The notes under the pieces were generated by a model. That model made no database searches and was not told the origin of the DNA. It was given only the letters and a program-made list of their open reading frames with translations. A stretch of DNA of 64,000 bases, taken from positions 1-64,000 of IMG/VR virus record IMGVR_UViG_3300037258_000282; one strand, 5' to 3'. Source of the DNA: a virus. This document shows, piece by piece, positions 16,376 to 26,768 of the stretch; the first letter of the stretch is position 1, and each line of letters opens with the position of its first letter. The position numbers were made by a program, and so were the translations under genes.

Positions 16376-17021
16376 ATTCCCGAAATACTGACACTACTCT
16401 CTCTACGAATGAGCTCACGTCTTTCTTGAAGACTTGAACTGGCTCATGATCGGCGCATATCAGGACTACGAACTGTCGCACGGGGATTTGATATAGGTGC
16501 GAGAACATCATGGAATAGCACGCAGACTGTAGAAAATATGACTCAATGCGTTCCTCATCCTTGAGTCTTAGAGACGTCTTAAAGTCCACTACGGTAGGCT
16601 CGCCGTCATAGTAACACACCAGGTCGGCGGTCCCCGCGCATCTTAAAAACTTGGAGTAGAGTGGAAGCTCTATTCCCAGTACCGAGCTGACGCGCTCCCT
16701 GAGGTGTCTGGCCGCGCCCTCGAAGGCGTAGAGGTGCACTGGGTTGGCAGACCCGATGTCTTTATTGCTCATGAATTTCTCGGCCAGCGAGTGCACGATG
16801 GTTCCCCTCGCGGCGGCCCTCTTCATTATCAGATCTGCCTGCTCGTTCCCGACTCTCTCGCGCCACGAGACTAGCCAGCTCTTGTCGAGCTTCTCTCCGA
16901 GAACAGTCGTCACAGACTTAAAGCGCATTCCAGATGGAAGGGCGTAGTAGCGCTTCCCGTCGACCTCCACTCTCTGAAGATCGACGGGAGTCACTAACTC
17001 GTGCTTAAAGTTTCCTAGCAA
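16374..17021 (-). CDS. PD-(D/E)XK exonuclease
   Basis: SVTTVL, RGT.VH, AGTAD..VVDFKTS, Q..CY motifs. Confidence 0.85.
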   Translation of the reverse strand: MLGNFKHELVTPVDLQRVEVDGKRYYALPSGMRFKSVTTVLGEKLDKSWLVSWRERVGNEQADLIMKRAAARGTIVHSLAEKFMSNKDIGSANPVHLYAFEGAARHLRERVSSVLGIELPLYSKFLRCAGTADLVCYYDGEPTVVDFKTSLRLKDEERIESYFLQSACYSMMFSHLYQIPVRQFVVLICADHEPVQVFKKDVSSFVERVVSVFRE

Positions 17022-17800
17022 GTTATTCCCAGCTCATCCTTGGTGATAAGGTACTCGCGCACTAGGCCACTCCTCACTATATCGGCGTGAGTGAAGTCTA
17101 CGCACGTAAACGACTCGAGGTGCTCGACTATCTTCATAAAGTCTCTCAGTCCAGATCGGTCTCGCTGAGAGGTAAAGTCAGACTGATGGAAGTCTCCACA
17201 GAATATGATCCGACAGTTCTTGCCCACTCGCGTGATGATGGAGTCTAACTCGTGTAGTGTCAGATTCGCGATCTCGTCGACTATGACTATCGCGCCTGAG
17301 ATGGTGGTCCCTCTGACGAATGAAGTTGGTAGAAACTCAACTAAGTGCTTGGACTTTAGATACTCATAGGCGTCGCCGCGCCCGAATATCTCAGAGCATA
17401 TCGGATAGTACGGCGCCTCATACGACATCATCTTCTCTCTCGCGTTCCCCGGCATAAAGCCGATATCCCTCGTGGGTACGGCCGACCTGACTATCACTAG
17501 TTTTTTATACTCTGAATTTTTGTTGAGTATCTCATCTAGAGCTAGATATATCGATATGAAGGACTTACCAGTTCCGGCCGCGCCGTGAAGCATCAGGTTC
17601 TTTCCATCGCGGTAGGCGTCAAAAGTACGCCTCTGATTGTGAGTCAGAGGCGAGAAGTGTTTGAGCTCAAAGTTTATCTTCTGCTGAAGGGTAGTGGGAG
17701 TAGTTCCTTGCCTGGCAAGTTTTCTTCTCTCCTTTCTGGTAGGTACGTGAGACTCTTCTTTCATTCGCTCTCTCCTTCTCTTATCTTGAGGATTTGTCAC
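17015..17800 (-). CDS. phoH: PhoH-like ATPase
   Basis: GAAGTGKS, RGTT, VDE, TRVG, CGDFHQSD, DIVRSGLV. Confidence 0.92.
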   Translation of the reverse strand: MTNPQDKRRRERMKEESHVPTRKERRKLARQGTTPTTLQQKINFELKHFSPLTHNQRRTFDAYRDGKNLMLHGAAGTGKSFISIYLALDEILNKNSEYKKLVIVRSAVPTRDIGFMPGNAREKMMSYEAPYYPICSEIFGRGDAYEYLKSKHLVEFLPTSFVRGTTISGAIVIVDEIANLTLHELDSIITRVGKNCRIIFCGDFHQSDFTSQRDRSGLRDFMKIVEHLESFTCVDFTHADIVRSGLVREYLITKDELGITC

Positions 17801-17824
17801 GAACTCATGATCGATCTCTGTGCC

Positions 17825-18064
17825 CTAGAAAGTCTCTACCGTGCTCCTTCTCAGTCCGCGAGAGTTAGCCTTCTTGATTCCCTTCAATAGGTCTCTGAAC
17901 CCCTGCTCTGGCTTCTTAGACACGCCTGACACGATGCCTGGAAATCCATATACGAGTTGAGTGATGCGTGGATTCTTCTCCATGAACTCGCCTCTCTCGG
18001 AGATGGACATCTCGAGAAGAAACTCATCGCCCGTTAGGACGTCGCGAAAGAGATACTCAGGCAT
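17825..18064 (-). CDS. small conserved protein (FmdB-like MP.Y.F start)
   Basis: typical neighbour of phoH in T4-like phages. Confidence 0.65.
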   Translation of the reverse strand: MPEYLFRDVLTGDEFLLEMSISERGEFMEKNPRITQLVYGFPGIVSGVSKKPEQGFRDLLKGIKKANSRGLRRSTVETF

Positions 18065-18491
18065 TCTGCGTCGGCTGAAAGAGTCCCGGGAGGGCGGCTA
18101 GAACGTGGTCCTTAGTTATTCCTCCGACGTGAAGCTTCTTACACTTGATCGCGCAGAGGAGGGCGGCGTCCTCTGGAGCCACGGCTTCCAGCATCTCGAT
18201 GAACATCGCCTCGCGCTTGATCTTGGGAATATTAGGATACATTCCCTCGATGAAGTAGCCGATCTTTCGAGCGTCGTGAATCAAGACGTTCTCTTGATCT
18301 GGAAGCTTCGACGGCGTATACGGTGGATCTTCCTCTGGAACCGCGAACTTGATCGATGGATCGAATGCGGCCTGTAGGACCACCCGAAGAACGTAGGAGT
18401 CGTTTGCCTTGAGGGCGTCGATCTTCTCCTGTGTCTTCTTCAGTCTACTAACTTTCTTCAAGAACTCTGCTACACCTATTCTAGTAGCCAT
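18057..18491 (-). CDS. conserved T4-like hypothetical protein
   Basis: FDP.IKF..P...PPY, KRE.MFI.MLE motifs; rnh-adjacent. Confidence 0.7.
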   Translation of the reverse strand: MATRIGVAEFLKKVSRLKKTQEKIDALKANDSYVLRVVLQAAFDPSIKFAVPEEDPPYTPSKLPDQENVLIHDARKIGYFIEGMYPNIPKIKREAMFIEMLEAVAPEDAALLCAIKCKKLHVGGITKDHVLAALPGLFQPTQNA

Positions 18492-18502
18492 GTCAACTCC
18501 TC

Positions 18503-19384
18503 TCACTGACCTACGTAAAAATCATTCAGCCCCGCGAGGAGCTGGTTCAACTTAAACTTCAGTAGATAGCCGTGCATCCTGTTAGTTGGCTTGGATGCCT
18601 GCTCATGATACTGAGATATAACTGCCTCCGAGATAGCCGGTGGTATCTCTCTCAAGTCTATTATCTTTCGATTCCTATGATAGTTCCTTCGAACTAGCTC
18701 GGTGTATTTATCAGGATCGACCGCTAGCAGCTCTGATAATCTCTTCTGAGTCATCGCCTTCTGCTTCTGTCCGATCACTAAGCAGTTGTCTGGCGAGAGA
18801 ACGTTTGGAACGCCGTCTCCGGCATCTCCCCTCAGCACGTGCTCGTGCAGGTAGCTCGCTGGGTCTGGATGAGTGATGAATTTTTTCTTTATCGGATTGA
18901 ACTGCCTGACGTAGTCCATAACGTGCAGCTGTATGAAGTCCTTGTCGGATGAGAGTATGAGTATATCATCTGGCACTATCTGACCTGGACGAATCCTATA
19001 TTGGTGAGTCATGCACATAGTAGCTATGACGTCGTCGGCCTCGGCTGAAGCGACGGCTATGACTCTATATGGCGCGTATTCCTTGAGCTCATCGCGAATC
19101 AAGCCGAGAGACTTGAATATAGCGCTCCAGTCTAGTTCTGACGAGTCTCTGCTCTTCTTCCTGTTGGCCTTATAGTATGGAAAGTACTGCTTCCTCCACT
19201 GATTTGGAGAGTCGCAGCACACGATGAGCTCTCCGAACTCTCGCCCTAACTTAGCCTTATATGAGCGAATGCTGTTGAGAATCATATGTCTCAACATCGG
19301 CTCTTCTACCTGAGCATTAGTATGATTGCCAAGCTGCATCATCAGGTTGGCGATCATCACTTGAGTTAAATCTAGAAGTATCAT
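18503..19384 (-). CDS. rnh: T4-type RNase H (5'-3' exonuclease)
   Basis: WRK..FPYYKANRK, EADDVI, SSDKDFIQL, GDAGDGVPN. Confidence 0.93.
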   Translation of the reverse strand: MILLDLTQVMIANLMMQLGNHTNAQVEEPMLRHMILNSIRSYKAKLGREFGELIVCCDSPNQWRKQYFPYYKANRKKSRDSSELDWSAIFKSLGLIRDELKEYAPYRVIAVASAEADDVIATMCMTHQYRIRPGQIVPDDILILSSDKDFIQLHVMDYVRQFNPIKKKFITHPDPASYLHEHVLRGDAGDGVPNVLSPDNCLVIGQKQKAMTQKRLSELLAVDPDKYTELVRRNYHRNRKIIDLREIPPAISEAVISQYHEQASKPTNRMHGYLLKFKLNQLLAGLNDFYVGQ

Positions 19385-19389
19385 GTCAT

Positions 19390-19797
19390 CTACTCATCTG
19401 ACTTATCTGACTTATCTTCTAAGAGATCGTCTATATTGAGAGACTTGGGCATGTCGTACATCATGTCAGGATCGTCGCTCTCAACAAACAGAGCGTCTGC
19501 TATCTTCTGCACCGGATGATATATCCCATAGTGCCTGAATAGAAGTGATCGAATAGACTCAGATATGAGAATGCTATCCTTGGGACCGGTACTCTCACTA
19601 AAGTTAAAGCCCGCGACGTAAAGCTGGCTGAACAGCATGGGAATCAGCGCTTCCATCACCGCGTGAACGTGATAGACTTTCATGGCCTCCACGCCATTAT
19701 CTATCTTCTCGGGAGTGAGAGGACCAGTCGCAGAATTCTTTATCTTTGAGAGCGTTATTACGTTGTTATTAGATCCAGTAGGTCCACTTTTAGTCAA
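19390..19797 (-). CDS. hypothetical protein
   Basis: operonic ORF. Confidence 0.65.
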   Translation of the reverse strand: MTKSGPTGSNNNVITLSKIKNSATGPLTPEKIDNGVEAMKVYHVHAVMEALIPMLFSQLYVAGFNFSESTGPKDSILISESIRSLLFRHYGIYHPVQKIADALFVESDDPDMMYDMPKSLNIDDLLEDKSDKSDE

Positions 19798-20788
19798 TTA
19801 ACACCACCGTACTTCCACTTTCAGTAAATTTAAAGTCATATACCCTACACTCAGGAAACTTGCCCAATAGCTCTGCCGCGAGTGCCTCTCTGTCTAAAGT
19901 ATAGAATAAGAAAAATCCGCCTCCCCCAGCTCCCACTAGCTTCCCTCCGATCGTCCCACTCACGCCCTTTGCGGTGGCGTATATTGAGTCAAAGTAACTT
20001 CCCGATATATCTGGAACAAACTTCTTCTTACTTTCCCACGACTCGTCGAATAGGTGTCCGATGGTATCAAATTCTTCGTGAAGCATGGCGTGCGCCGCGA
20101 CGTGAACTCGATCTCTGTTAGAGAGAGCCTCAGTAAATTTTCGCGGATCGTCGAAAGCGACAGACTGTTTCTGAAGTATGTCGTTGGCTGATCGCTCTTT
20201 TCCAGTATAGAGGAGGAGGAGGTTAGACTTAAGAACGTATAGTGAGGGCTTCGAGATACCCGAGTTTTCTCGGACTACCCTACCATCTCCCTTGAGAAAC
20301 CTAAGGTAGTTGATACCACCAAATGACGCGGCGTACTGATCCTGCTTTCCCACCGGGTAGCCGCACATCTCCATCTCGACGTGACACGCTAGGTCTGCCA
20401 GCATGACTTTGGAAGCAGACTCCATGCCCCACATCATGTAGCACATGGCGTTGATGAGTCCCACGGTAAAGCTAGACGAAGATCCGAGCCCAGAACCTCT
20501 CGCCATTATATCCGAGATCGACGAGATTGTCAATTCTTTCTTCACGCCGAAGTGGCGGAGAGTCTCTCGAGTTATCGAGTGCTTCATGTCATCTATGACT
20601 GAGACTTCTTGAATGTCGTCGACCAGCATAGTCTTTATTCCAGTATGCTTAGTCTCATGAACGAAAGTATAGATGTACTTGTCGATAGTTATGGATAAGG
20701 CAGCTCCCTCCTCACGGGAATAGAATGCCGGTAGATCGGTTCCGCCGCAGAATAGAGCCAGCCTAAGTGGAGTCTTAGTCACTATCAC
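19790..20788 (-). CDS. GHMP kinase, HddA-like heptose-7-phosphate kinase
   Basis: TPLRL..GGTD, GSGLGSSS, GKQDQY, GAGGGGF. Confidence 0.88.
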   Translation of the reverse strand: MIVTKTPLRLALFCGGTDLPAFYSREEGAALSITIDKYIYTFVHETKHTGIKTMLVDDIQEVSVIDDMKHSITRETLRHFGVKKELTISSISDIMARGSGLGSSSSFTVGLINAMCYMMWGMESASKVMLADLACHVEMEMCGYPVGKQDQYAASFGGINYLRFLKGDGRVVRENSGISKPSLYVLKSNLLLLYTGKERSANDILQKQSVAFDDPRKFTEALSNRDRVHVAAHAMLHEEFDTIGHLFDESWESKKKFVPDISGSYFDSIYATAKGVSGTIGGKLVGAGGGGFFLFYTLDREALAAELLGKFPECRVYDFKFTESGSTVVLID

Positions 20789-22458
20789 GATATTCTTCCC
20801 GTGGCGGTGTCGAGAAACATAGTTTGATTCTGGGGAATCTTTCTACTATTCAAGCTGGGGTACTGCTTGATGAGCTCGAGAAGCATCGCCGACCACCTGA
20901 AGTGCGCTTGACTTGGGGAATACCTCCTGTCTGCATACTCCTTCACGAACTGAAGCTTCTCGGCGGTTGGCTTCGGCCAGTACTTAAGGGCTCTCTCGGC
21001 GATGTAGAGTCTAAAGGAAAACAACTCAGCGTGTCTGTTGAGATCTGCCGACCCATCGTACATGAAGTTCATTCCTCCGGACGTATCGATAAGTCCACCG
21101 AAGTTTGGATGCACGGAGATCATCCCAGCTGACATAGCCTCGATCATAGATCGGCACGCCGTCTCTGGCCACACGCAGGGATAGGTGTGGATGTGGTAGT
21201 TCAGAAGCCTCTCTCGCATCTCATCGTACGGCGTGTACCCATAGTAGGTGCACTGTGGGTGGGCTCTTATCTGGTCAAATAGCTGCTTAAACGGTTCGTC
21301 CCTGACGCCCCACCCATACATCTCGAAGGAGGAGTGAACGTGAAGATGCAGAGTAGGGTCTCTCTCGGCGTGCGCCGCGAAGACTGGAAAAAGTATATTC
21401 AGGCCCCTATGCGGAGTCGAGAAGTACGCCAGGTCTAGCCTGTCTTTAGCGCGAGCCACCTTAGCTGGAATATCGACTGAGATCGGGTGGATTCCGTTCT
21501 CTATCACTACGCACTGCTCTGTATAGGGAATACCGAGTTCAACCTGAAACCTCTGGTACTGCCAGTTAGAGATAAACACTATCTTGTGAAATCTCTTCCT
21601 AAAATCGGGATCCTTGAGCTTCACGCACTCAGGATCAGAGGGCATGTCGTGCACGGTCAGTATGCGGATCTTATCTTCTTTAAGTTCCCGTATCCTCGTG
21701 GGAATGATCTGAACGTGCTCGAGAAGTTCTCTGGGTATCCCACCGCTGTAGAGGAACCGCATGAAGAGCTCAGTCCCGCCGTTAGAATTAACGTTAGTCT
21801 CGTTAGTCTCCATTAGGTCTACGCAGGTAGTCGTGAGTTGAACTCTCTCAGTTCCAGCCTCGTCGCATACTATGAAGGCGGCCTTATGCTCTTGAAAGTC
21901 ACCCATCCCAGCGATGTCTCGTAGGTCTCCATAGTGCCTTCCGACGCACTGAGCTTTTAACCCTGCGGCCTCGAGAAACTCATTGAACGCCTTAAACTCA
22001 CCTTCCTCCCAGCCCTCATATCCCATGATCTCGTCGAATATGAGTAGAGTTCCAGGGCGTATCATCGGACCGCAGTGCTTGAATATGGTCTTAGCCGACG
22101 AGTATAGGTCTGAGTCTATGTGAATGAGGGCCGCAGTCTCTCCGGCATGATCTTGAATGAACTTAGGAAGAGTATCCTCAAACCATCCCACGTGAAGCTC
22201 TACGTTCTCTGGTAGGTCGGTCGGGATATCGCACGCGAAGGCTCCCTTCTCGTGAAAGGACCAGCTCTCGGGAATGCCTTGAAATGAGTCAAACCCGTGT
22301 ACGATCCTGCTCTTGTCATAGAGAGCGAGGGCCTTGATGGTATCGCCTGTGGCCACTCCGAACTCTAGTATGAGTCCGTTCTTGTGTAGATATCGCTTAT
22401 ACGCTCCAAAGAATACCGAGGGAGCCTCCTCAATATCACTTATCATCTCGATGTTCAA
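20785..22458 (-). CDS. fusion: class I SAM methyltransferase (TylF-like) + GT-B glycosyltransferase
   Basis: EFGVATG, GFDSFQG, HIDSDLY, FDE; then GGTE, STPHRGL, ET.C..IEAMSAG. Confidence 0.85.
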   Translation of the reverse strand: MNIEMISDIEEAPSVFFGAYKRYLHKNGLILEFGVATGDTIKALALYDKSRIVHGFDSFQGIPESWSFHEKGAFACDIPTDLPENVELHVGWFEDTLPKFIQDHAGETAALIHIDSDLYSSAKTIFKHCGPMIRPGTLLIFDEIMGYEGWEEGEFKAFNEFLEAAGLKAQCVGRHYGDLRDIAGMGDFQEHKAAFIVCDEAGTERVQLTTTCVDLMETNETNVNSNGGTELFMRFLYSGGIPRELLEHVQIIPTRIRELKEDKIRILTVHDMPSDPECVKLKDPDFRKRFHKIVFISNWQYQRFQVELGIPYTEQCVVIENGIHPISVDIPAKVARAKDRLDLAYFSTPHRGLNILFPVFAAHAERDPTLHLHVHSSFEMYGWGVRDEPFKQLFDQIRAHPQCTYYGYTPYDEMRERLLNYHIHTYPCVWPETACRSMIEAMSAGMISVHPNFGGLIDTSGGMNFMYDGSADLNRHAELFSFRLYIAERALKYWPKPTAEKLQFVKEYADRRYSPSQAHFRWSAMLLELIKQYPSLNSRKIPQNQTMFLDTATGRIS

Positions 22459-23485
22459 TACGCTTTCCCTTTTTATATATTACGTCTACCACGCTCACGG
22501 CCTTCAAGGCGCTAGTTAAGTCAGGAATCGCGTGTATTCCCGAGTTTATAGCTTCATAAAAAGCTAGATGCTCTCTCTCCCAGCTCCTGTCATCTCCGGG
22601 ATACTCAAAGATGGTAGTCTCAGGATAGCCGAACTCATCTGGTCTAACGTAGAGGTGGCAGCGCTCGACTCCGTAGCTGCTTCCAAGTCCCTCTACCTCT
22701 ACCTTACCCTTTCGACCGAACACTTCGAATGAAAACTTATTCTTCCATTCCGTGCACGAGACGTGAGCGAACACGGTATGACCGGCATCATCTCTGAGAG
22801 TCATAAACGCGTTGTCGTCGAGCTCTTGCTTCCAAAACGAAGTCGTGGCGAATCCATCTATGGAGGTAAAATTAGCATCGTTGAGAAACCACGCGGCGAG
22901 ATCTATAACGTGAACTCCCTGCTCGAGAAGCTCTCCACCGGCGGCTACAGATGGATCTCCCCTCCACTCACTCTCATATCCCAGGCGCCCTCCGTGGCCG
23001 TATCTTGCCCGAATGTGCATCACCTCTCCGATGATACCACTATCTACCAACTTCTTCGCTTTGTCAACGGCCGGATGGAATCGATGGTTGAATCCAACTT
23101 GAACCACTGTGCCGACCGGCTTATCGTTGAAGAGCTTTCTGATCTCCTCCGGAGAGCCGGAGACTGGCTTCTCTACCAGAACGTGCTTACCCGCCGTCAT
23201 CGCGGCCCTCGTTATCTCAGTCAGGGTCGAGTGTGGAGTAGAAACTATAACAGCGTCGATTCGATGGTCGTTGATTATGTCCATGTAGTTAGAGGTGTAG
23301 AGAACTCGAGGGTGCCCTAACTTAGCTCTGTTGAACGCCACCTCGGAGTAGTTTGACTCTTCGAGGTCGCACATTCCAACGAGGTGCCCTCCCGCGAGTT
23401 GAATAGCGCGCTTCTTTCCTACCGCCCCACATCCTATCAGTCCTAGTTTAACAACGCTCTTCACTTCAATCTCCTCATAGTGCAC
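22436..23485 (-). CDS. Gfo/Idh/MocA NAD-dependent oxidoreductase
   Basis: GCGAVG, HVLVEKP, GFNHRF, GGELL.QGVH.ID. Confidence 0.9.
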   Translation of the reverse strand: MHYEEIEVKSVVKLGLIGCGAVGKKRAIQLAGGHLVGMCDLEESNYSEVAFNRAKLGHPRVLYTSNYMDIINDHRIDAVIVSTPHSTLTEITRAAMTAGKHVLVEKPVSGSPEEIRKLFNDKPVGTVVQVGFNHRFHPAVDKAKKLVDSGIIGEVMHIRARYGHGGRLGYESEWRGDPSVAAGGELLEQGVHVIDLAAWFLNDANFTSIDGFATTSFWKQELDDNAFMTLRDDAGHTVFAHVSCTEWKNKFSFEVFGRKGKVEVEGLGSSYGVERCHLYVRPDEFGYPETTIFEYPGDDRSWEREHLAFYEAINSGIHAIPDLTSALKAVSVVDVIYKKGKRIEHRDDK

Positions 23486-24237
23486 AGATCATCGTCGTAG
23501 GTCAGGCTCCTAACGAACTCGCGATCCGAAAGATCGTCGAACGTCGCGGATAGTAGTTTTCCCGTAAACTGCAGCGCGTGATCTGTAAGAAGGGCGTCTA
23601 TCATCCTAACTGGAGCATTAAAATTGAGATCACTTACCGAATCGAGCTTCTTCCGTAGGTCATCTCCCAAGAGATGTGAGCTCTCTCTGGCCTGATCCAC
23701 GAACTGGCTGGGCATCAATCCTGGAGCAACACAGTTTATCAATATGCCTCGATCGAAGAAGTCCTCACAGACCGCCTCGACGAATCGAGCTAATCCATAC
23801 TTAGCGGTCGTGTAGGCTACCGAACCAGACTGATGGACGGACGCGCCGCCGCCGAACAGTAGGATTATCCTTCCTCCCCTCACTCCCTCAGACATCCTCG
23901 CAGCCACCTTCTTCGTAAGAAGCAGCGGGGCTATCAGGTTTATGTTGATGGTCTCGAAGATATCTGTCGTAGAGCAGTCTAGGATCGACCCAATATGCCC
24001 GTAACTACCAACCGTACATACTAGATGAGTCACGTCGAACGGAAGGTTCTGAAGGAACGAGTCCACTTCTCCTGGATTGGAGATGTCTACTGACTCTGTT
24101 CTGACCAAAGTAGGTGAGGGGGCGGCGCGCCTAGCCACACACGCGATATTGCTGAACTGCTGTACAGAAGAGTTGGCATAGAACTTAGCTAACTCAAGGC
24201 CTAGACCGGAGCTAGCTCCAGCGATGAGTAGGTTCAT
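23461..24237 (-). CDS. short-chain dehydrogenase/reductase
   Basis: GASSGLG, YTTAK, NCVAPG. Confidence 0.9.
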   Translation of the reverse strand: MNLLIAGASSGLGLELAKFYANSSVQQFSNIACVARRAAPSPTLVRTESVDISNPGEVDSFLQNLPFDVTHLVCTVGSYGHIGSILDCSTTDIFETININLIAPLLLTKKVAARMSEGVRGGRIILLFGGGASVHQSGSVAYTTAKYGLARFVEAVCEDFFDRGILINCVAPGLMPSQFVDQARESSHLLGDDLRKKLDSVSDLNFNAPVRMIDALLTDHALQFTGKLLSATFDDLSDREFVRSLTYDDDLCTMRRLK

Positions 24238-24968
24238 GGTATGGTATATTCAGACTTAGCCGCGTCGTCGAAGAACATCTTCACGGTCTCGAGCGAGAAC
24301 ATCCAGAGAGTCTTAGAGAAATTATCGTTCATCTTCTTGATGAGCGCGGGAGTCATCGTGATGATGTCGCACCCAGAATTACTCGCGAGGACGTAATCGA
24401 AGGCCTGACGAGGAGATGCCCAGAGCAGCTTGGTCTTCGATGACTGTGCCGCGATCTCAGTGGAGGCTTGTTTCATGATTGGAGTGGGATCGATTCCCGC
24501 GTCGGCGATCCTACCGGCGAATACCGATAGGATCGACGGCGTGTCTGAGTCTTTCAGCCAGTCAATGACGCTCTGAATCTGGTAGGGAGCCATGACGGCC
24601 GTGACGTTGACTAGAATACCCTCAAAGGCGAGGTCCCTGACGACCGACTCAGTCGACTCACCCTTCGTGTTAGTAATGGGTATCTTCACAAAAACTTTAT
24701 ACTCCTCCGCCAGATCCTGGATATACCTGGCCTGCACTACCATGTCGCCTAACTCGTCGGCGAATACCTCGAGTGAGAGCGTCGTCGTGGGCCTGGCGCG
24801 CTTGAGATATTCAATGATTCCTCGGGCGAACGGTAGGTACTCCCTCACGCCGGCCTGCCTCATTAGCGACGGATTCGTCGTGAACCCAGAGATGCACGGA
24901 TCTCTCGCGGCCTCAACGATCCCATTCCAGTCTGCGCCATCTGCGTAAAGTTCCATCGTCCTCACCAA
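24234..24968 (-). CDS. transaldolase
   Basis: GFTTNPS, VFVKIP, VNVTA, FAGRIAD, LLWASPR. Confidence 0.9.
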   Translation of the reverse strand: MVRTMELYADGADWNGIVEAARDPCISGFTTNPSLMRQAGVREYLPFARGIIEYLKRARPTTTLSLEVFADELGDMVVQARYIQDLAEEYKVFVKIPITNTKGESTESVVRDLAFEGILVNVTAVMAPYQIQSVIDWLKDSDTPSILSVFAGRIADAGIDPTPIMKQASTEIAAQSSKTKLLWASPRQAFDYVLASNSGCDIITMTPALIKKMNDNFSKTLWMFSLETVKMFFDDAAKSEYTIP

Positions 24969-25546
24969 GTTGTATTATTTACTTGTAAATCTGGGTGCGA
25001 CACCAGGCAGTGCCACACTATCGCCTGAAACTCCTCGGCATGTGGAGTCACTCTCCTCGACTCAAAGGCTGGAACTACGATGACGCAGTGACCCTTCTCA
25101 ACCACGTAACCGTCTGGTCTTCCAACGATTCCCATGATGGTCGCGCCGCGGGCCAGCGCGCAGTCTATCGCCTCGATCAGCGATAGAGAGATTGCTCGAG
25201 CCTTAGATCCTCCTCCGACCGACAGCACGAAGAGGATGTCTCGCTCGTCGACGCGCATCTTCGCCAGATACTGAGAGAAGATCTTACTTAGACCTGAATC
25301 ATTGGCCGTGGCGGTCAGCATGGCCACGTTGTCAGATGGGCATATCGTCTGAATGTCGCACAATTTCTGAAGGTCGTTCGCCATATGAGAGGCGTTCGCC
25401 GCGGAACCGCCGAGTCCGATGACGAACACTCTACCCATCTTATTTCTAGTATGTTGAAATAGTTGGACCATATCCTCAATCTTATTGACAGATATTGAGG
25501 ACGCGATCTCGACCACTTCAGCCATATATTTATCTGTAAACATCAA
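24962..25546 (-). CDS. SIS-domain phosphoheptose isomerase (GmhA-like)
   Basis: GLGGSAANASH..ND, TATAND, E.FQ..VWH. Confidence 0.85.
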   Translation of the reverse strand: MMFTDKYMAEVVEIASSISVNKIEDMVQLFQHTRNKMGRVFVIGLGGSAANASHMANDLQKLCDIQTICPSDNVAMLTATANDSGLSKIFSQYLAKMRVDERDILFVLSVGGGSKARAISLSLIEAIDCALARGATIMGIVGRPDGYVVEKGHCVIVVPAFESRRVTPHAEEFQAIVWHCLVSHPDLQVNNTTW

Positions 25547-25997
25547 GGGACTCGTTTCTAGTTGCCACTCGTTTTCTTATCGAGGATGATGATAGACTAT
25601 GAAGCCTCTCGGGAGTATATACGATCTCTATACCCCTGGTCCGGCATATGCTCTCACCAGTCAGAATGTTACCGTAGTATTCCATGCCGATGAATCGAGC
25701 GTTTATCGGTTCGATGCTCAGGATATTCTCGAGATCTTGCTCAGTCTCATAGGGAATAACCTGATTCACTTGATAAAGAGAGGAAATCATCTTATACCTC
25801 TCATATACCGTCATCACCGGCTTATTCTTACACTTGCGCTCTATAGATGGATCGACGTGAAGTCCTACGATGAGACGCCCGCATCTATCAGAGCAGAAGT
25901 CCAGCATGGAGACGTGACCTGGGTGAAGTAGGTCGAACGCCCCGCAGGTGAATCCGCACTCATAGTCATAGTCGTCACGAGTGCCCTTAATAACCAT
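25530..25997 (-). CDS. cytidylyltransferase-family nucleotidyltransferase (TagD/RfaE-II-like)
   Basis: GAFDLLHPGH, LIVGL, SSSSIR. Confidence 0.88.
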   Translation of the reverse strand: MVIKGTRDDYDYECGFTCGAFDLLHPGHVSMLDFCSDRCGRLIVGLHVDPSIERKCKNKPVMTVYERYKMISSLYQVNQVIPYETEQDLENILSIEPINARFIGMEYYGNILTGESICRTRGIEIVYTPERLHSLSSSSIRKRVATRNESLDVYR

Positions 25998-26274
25998 CGA
26001 CCCGCTCTACGTAGCTGACGTTGTCTACTATAAACGAGCGCCACGCCTGCTTCTGAATGTTCCAGACAGCGATATGGCGCTTGTTGCTCTCATGGAATTC
26101 AGTCTCTGCCTTGAGAAGAGATGCGTCGACTGGAGGCAGCTTAGCAGGATCCAGCGTACAGATCATATCTGACTCAGTCCCATCCAGCTTAGTGAAGTAG
26201 ACCTTCATGACGTTGATGCGTAGATCTTTCAGAAGTGAATCTCTATTATAATTTCCCATGTTCTCATCCTTCAA
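25987..26274 (-). CDS. small SH3/WYL-like protein
   Basis: F.KLDG...M.CTL, AWRSF motifs. Confidence 0.7.
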   Translation of the reverse strand: MKDENMGNYNRDSLLKDLRINVMKVYFTKLDGTESDMICTLDPAKLPPVDASLLKAETEFHESNKRHIAVWNIQKQAWRSFIVDNVSYVERVDGY

Positions 26275-26524
26275 TTAAAAACTTAGCAGAGCTCTTGCTC
26301 TCCCTAGAGAGCAGTTCGTTGAGCTGCTGGTACCCACCGATATTATAGTCATCGACGACCACGACCGGATAAGTCTTGACTTCAGGAAAGGTCTCGAGAA
26401 GCCACTCTCTAGTAAAGTCCTCTCCAAGAGTCATTATAGTAAATGAGATACCCTTGCTCACTAGAAGTAGCTTCGCTCTGTCGCAGTACGAGCAGTTCAG
26501 TCTAGTATATAGAGTGACGTTCAC
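26264..26524 (-). CDS. glutaredoxin
   Basis: CSYC, TYP, IGGY. Confidence 0.9.
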   Translation of the reverse strand: MNVTLYTRLNCSYCDRAKLLLVSKGISFTIMTLGEDFTREWLLETFPEVKTYPVVVVDDYNIGGYQQLNELLSRESKSSAKFLIEG

Positions 26525-26768
26525 GAAAGTCTCTCTTTCCAATACGCCTCGACTGAATATCGATCAGTTGGAATGTAGCCCTCTAATACCATGTCTAGAG
26601 CCACGAGCAGCTCGAGCAGCTCGAGCTCTAACCAATCATTCTTCTTCATGCCTATATCATCCTCTCTTTTTTAGTCCCTTGTTCCAAGGTATATTTACAA
26701 TCCAGACATACAAATGTATTTTTTCAAAACCCAAGTTTTAAATAAAAAATATCCTAAGATATTGATAT

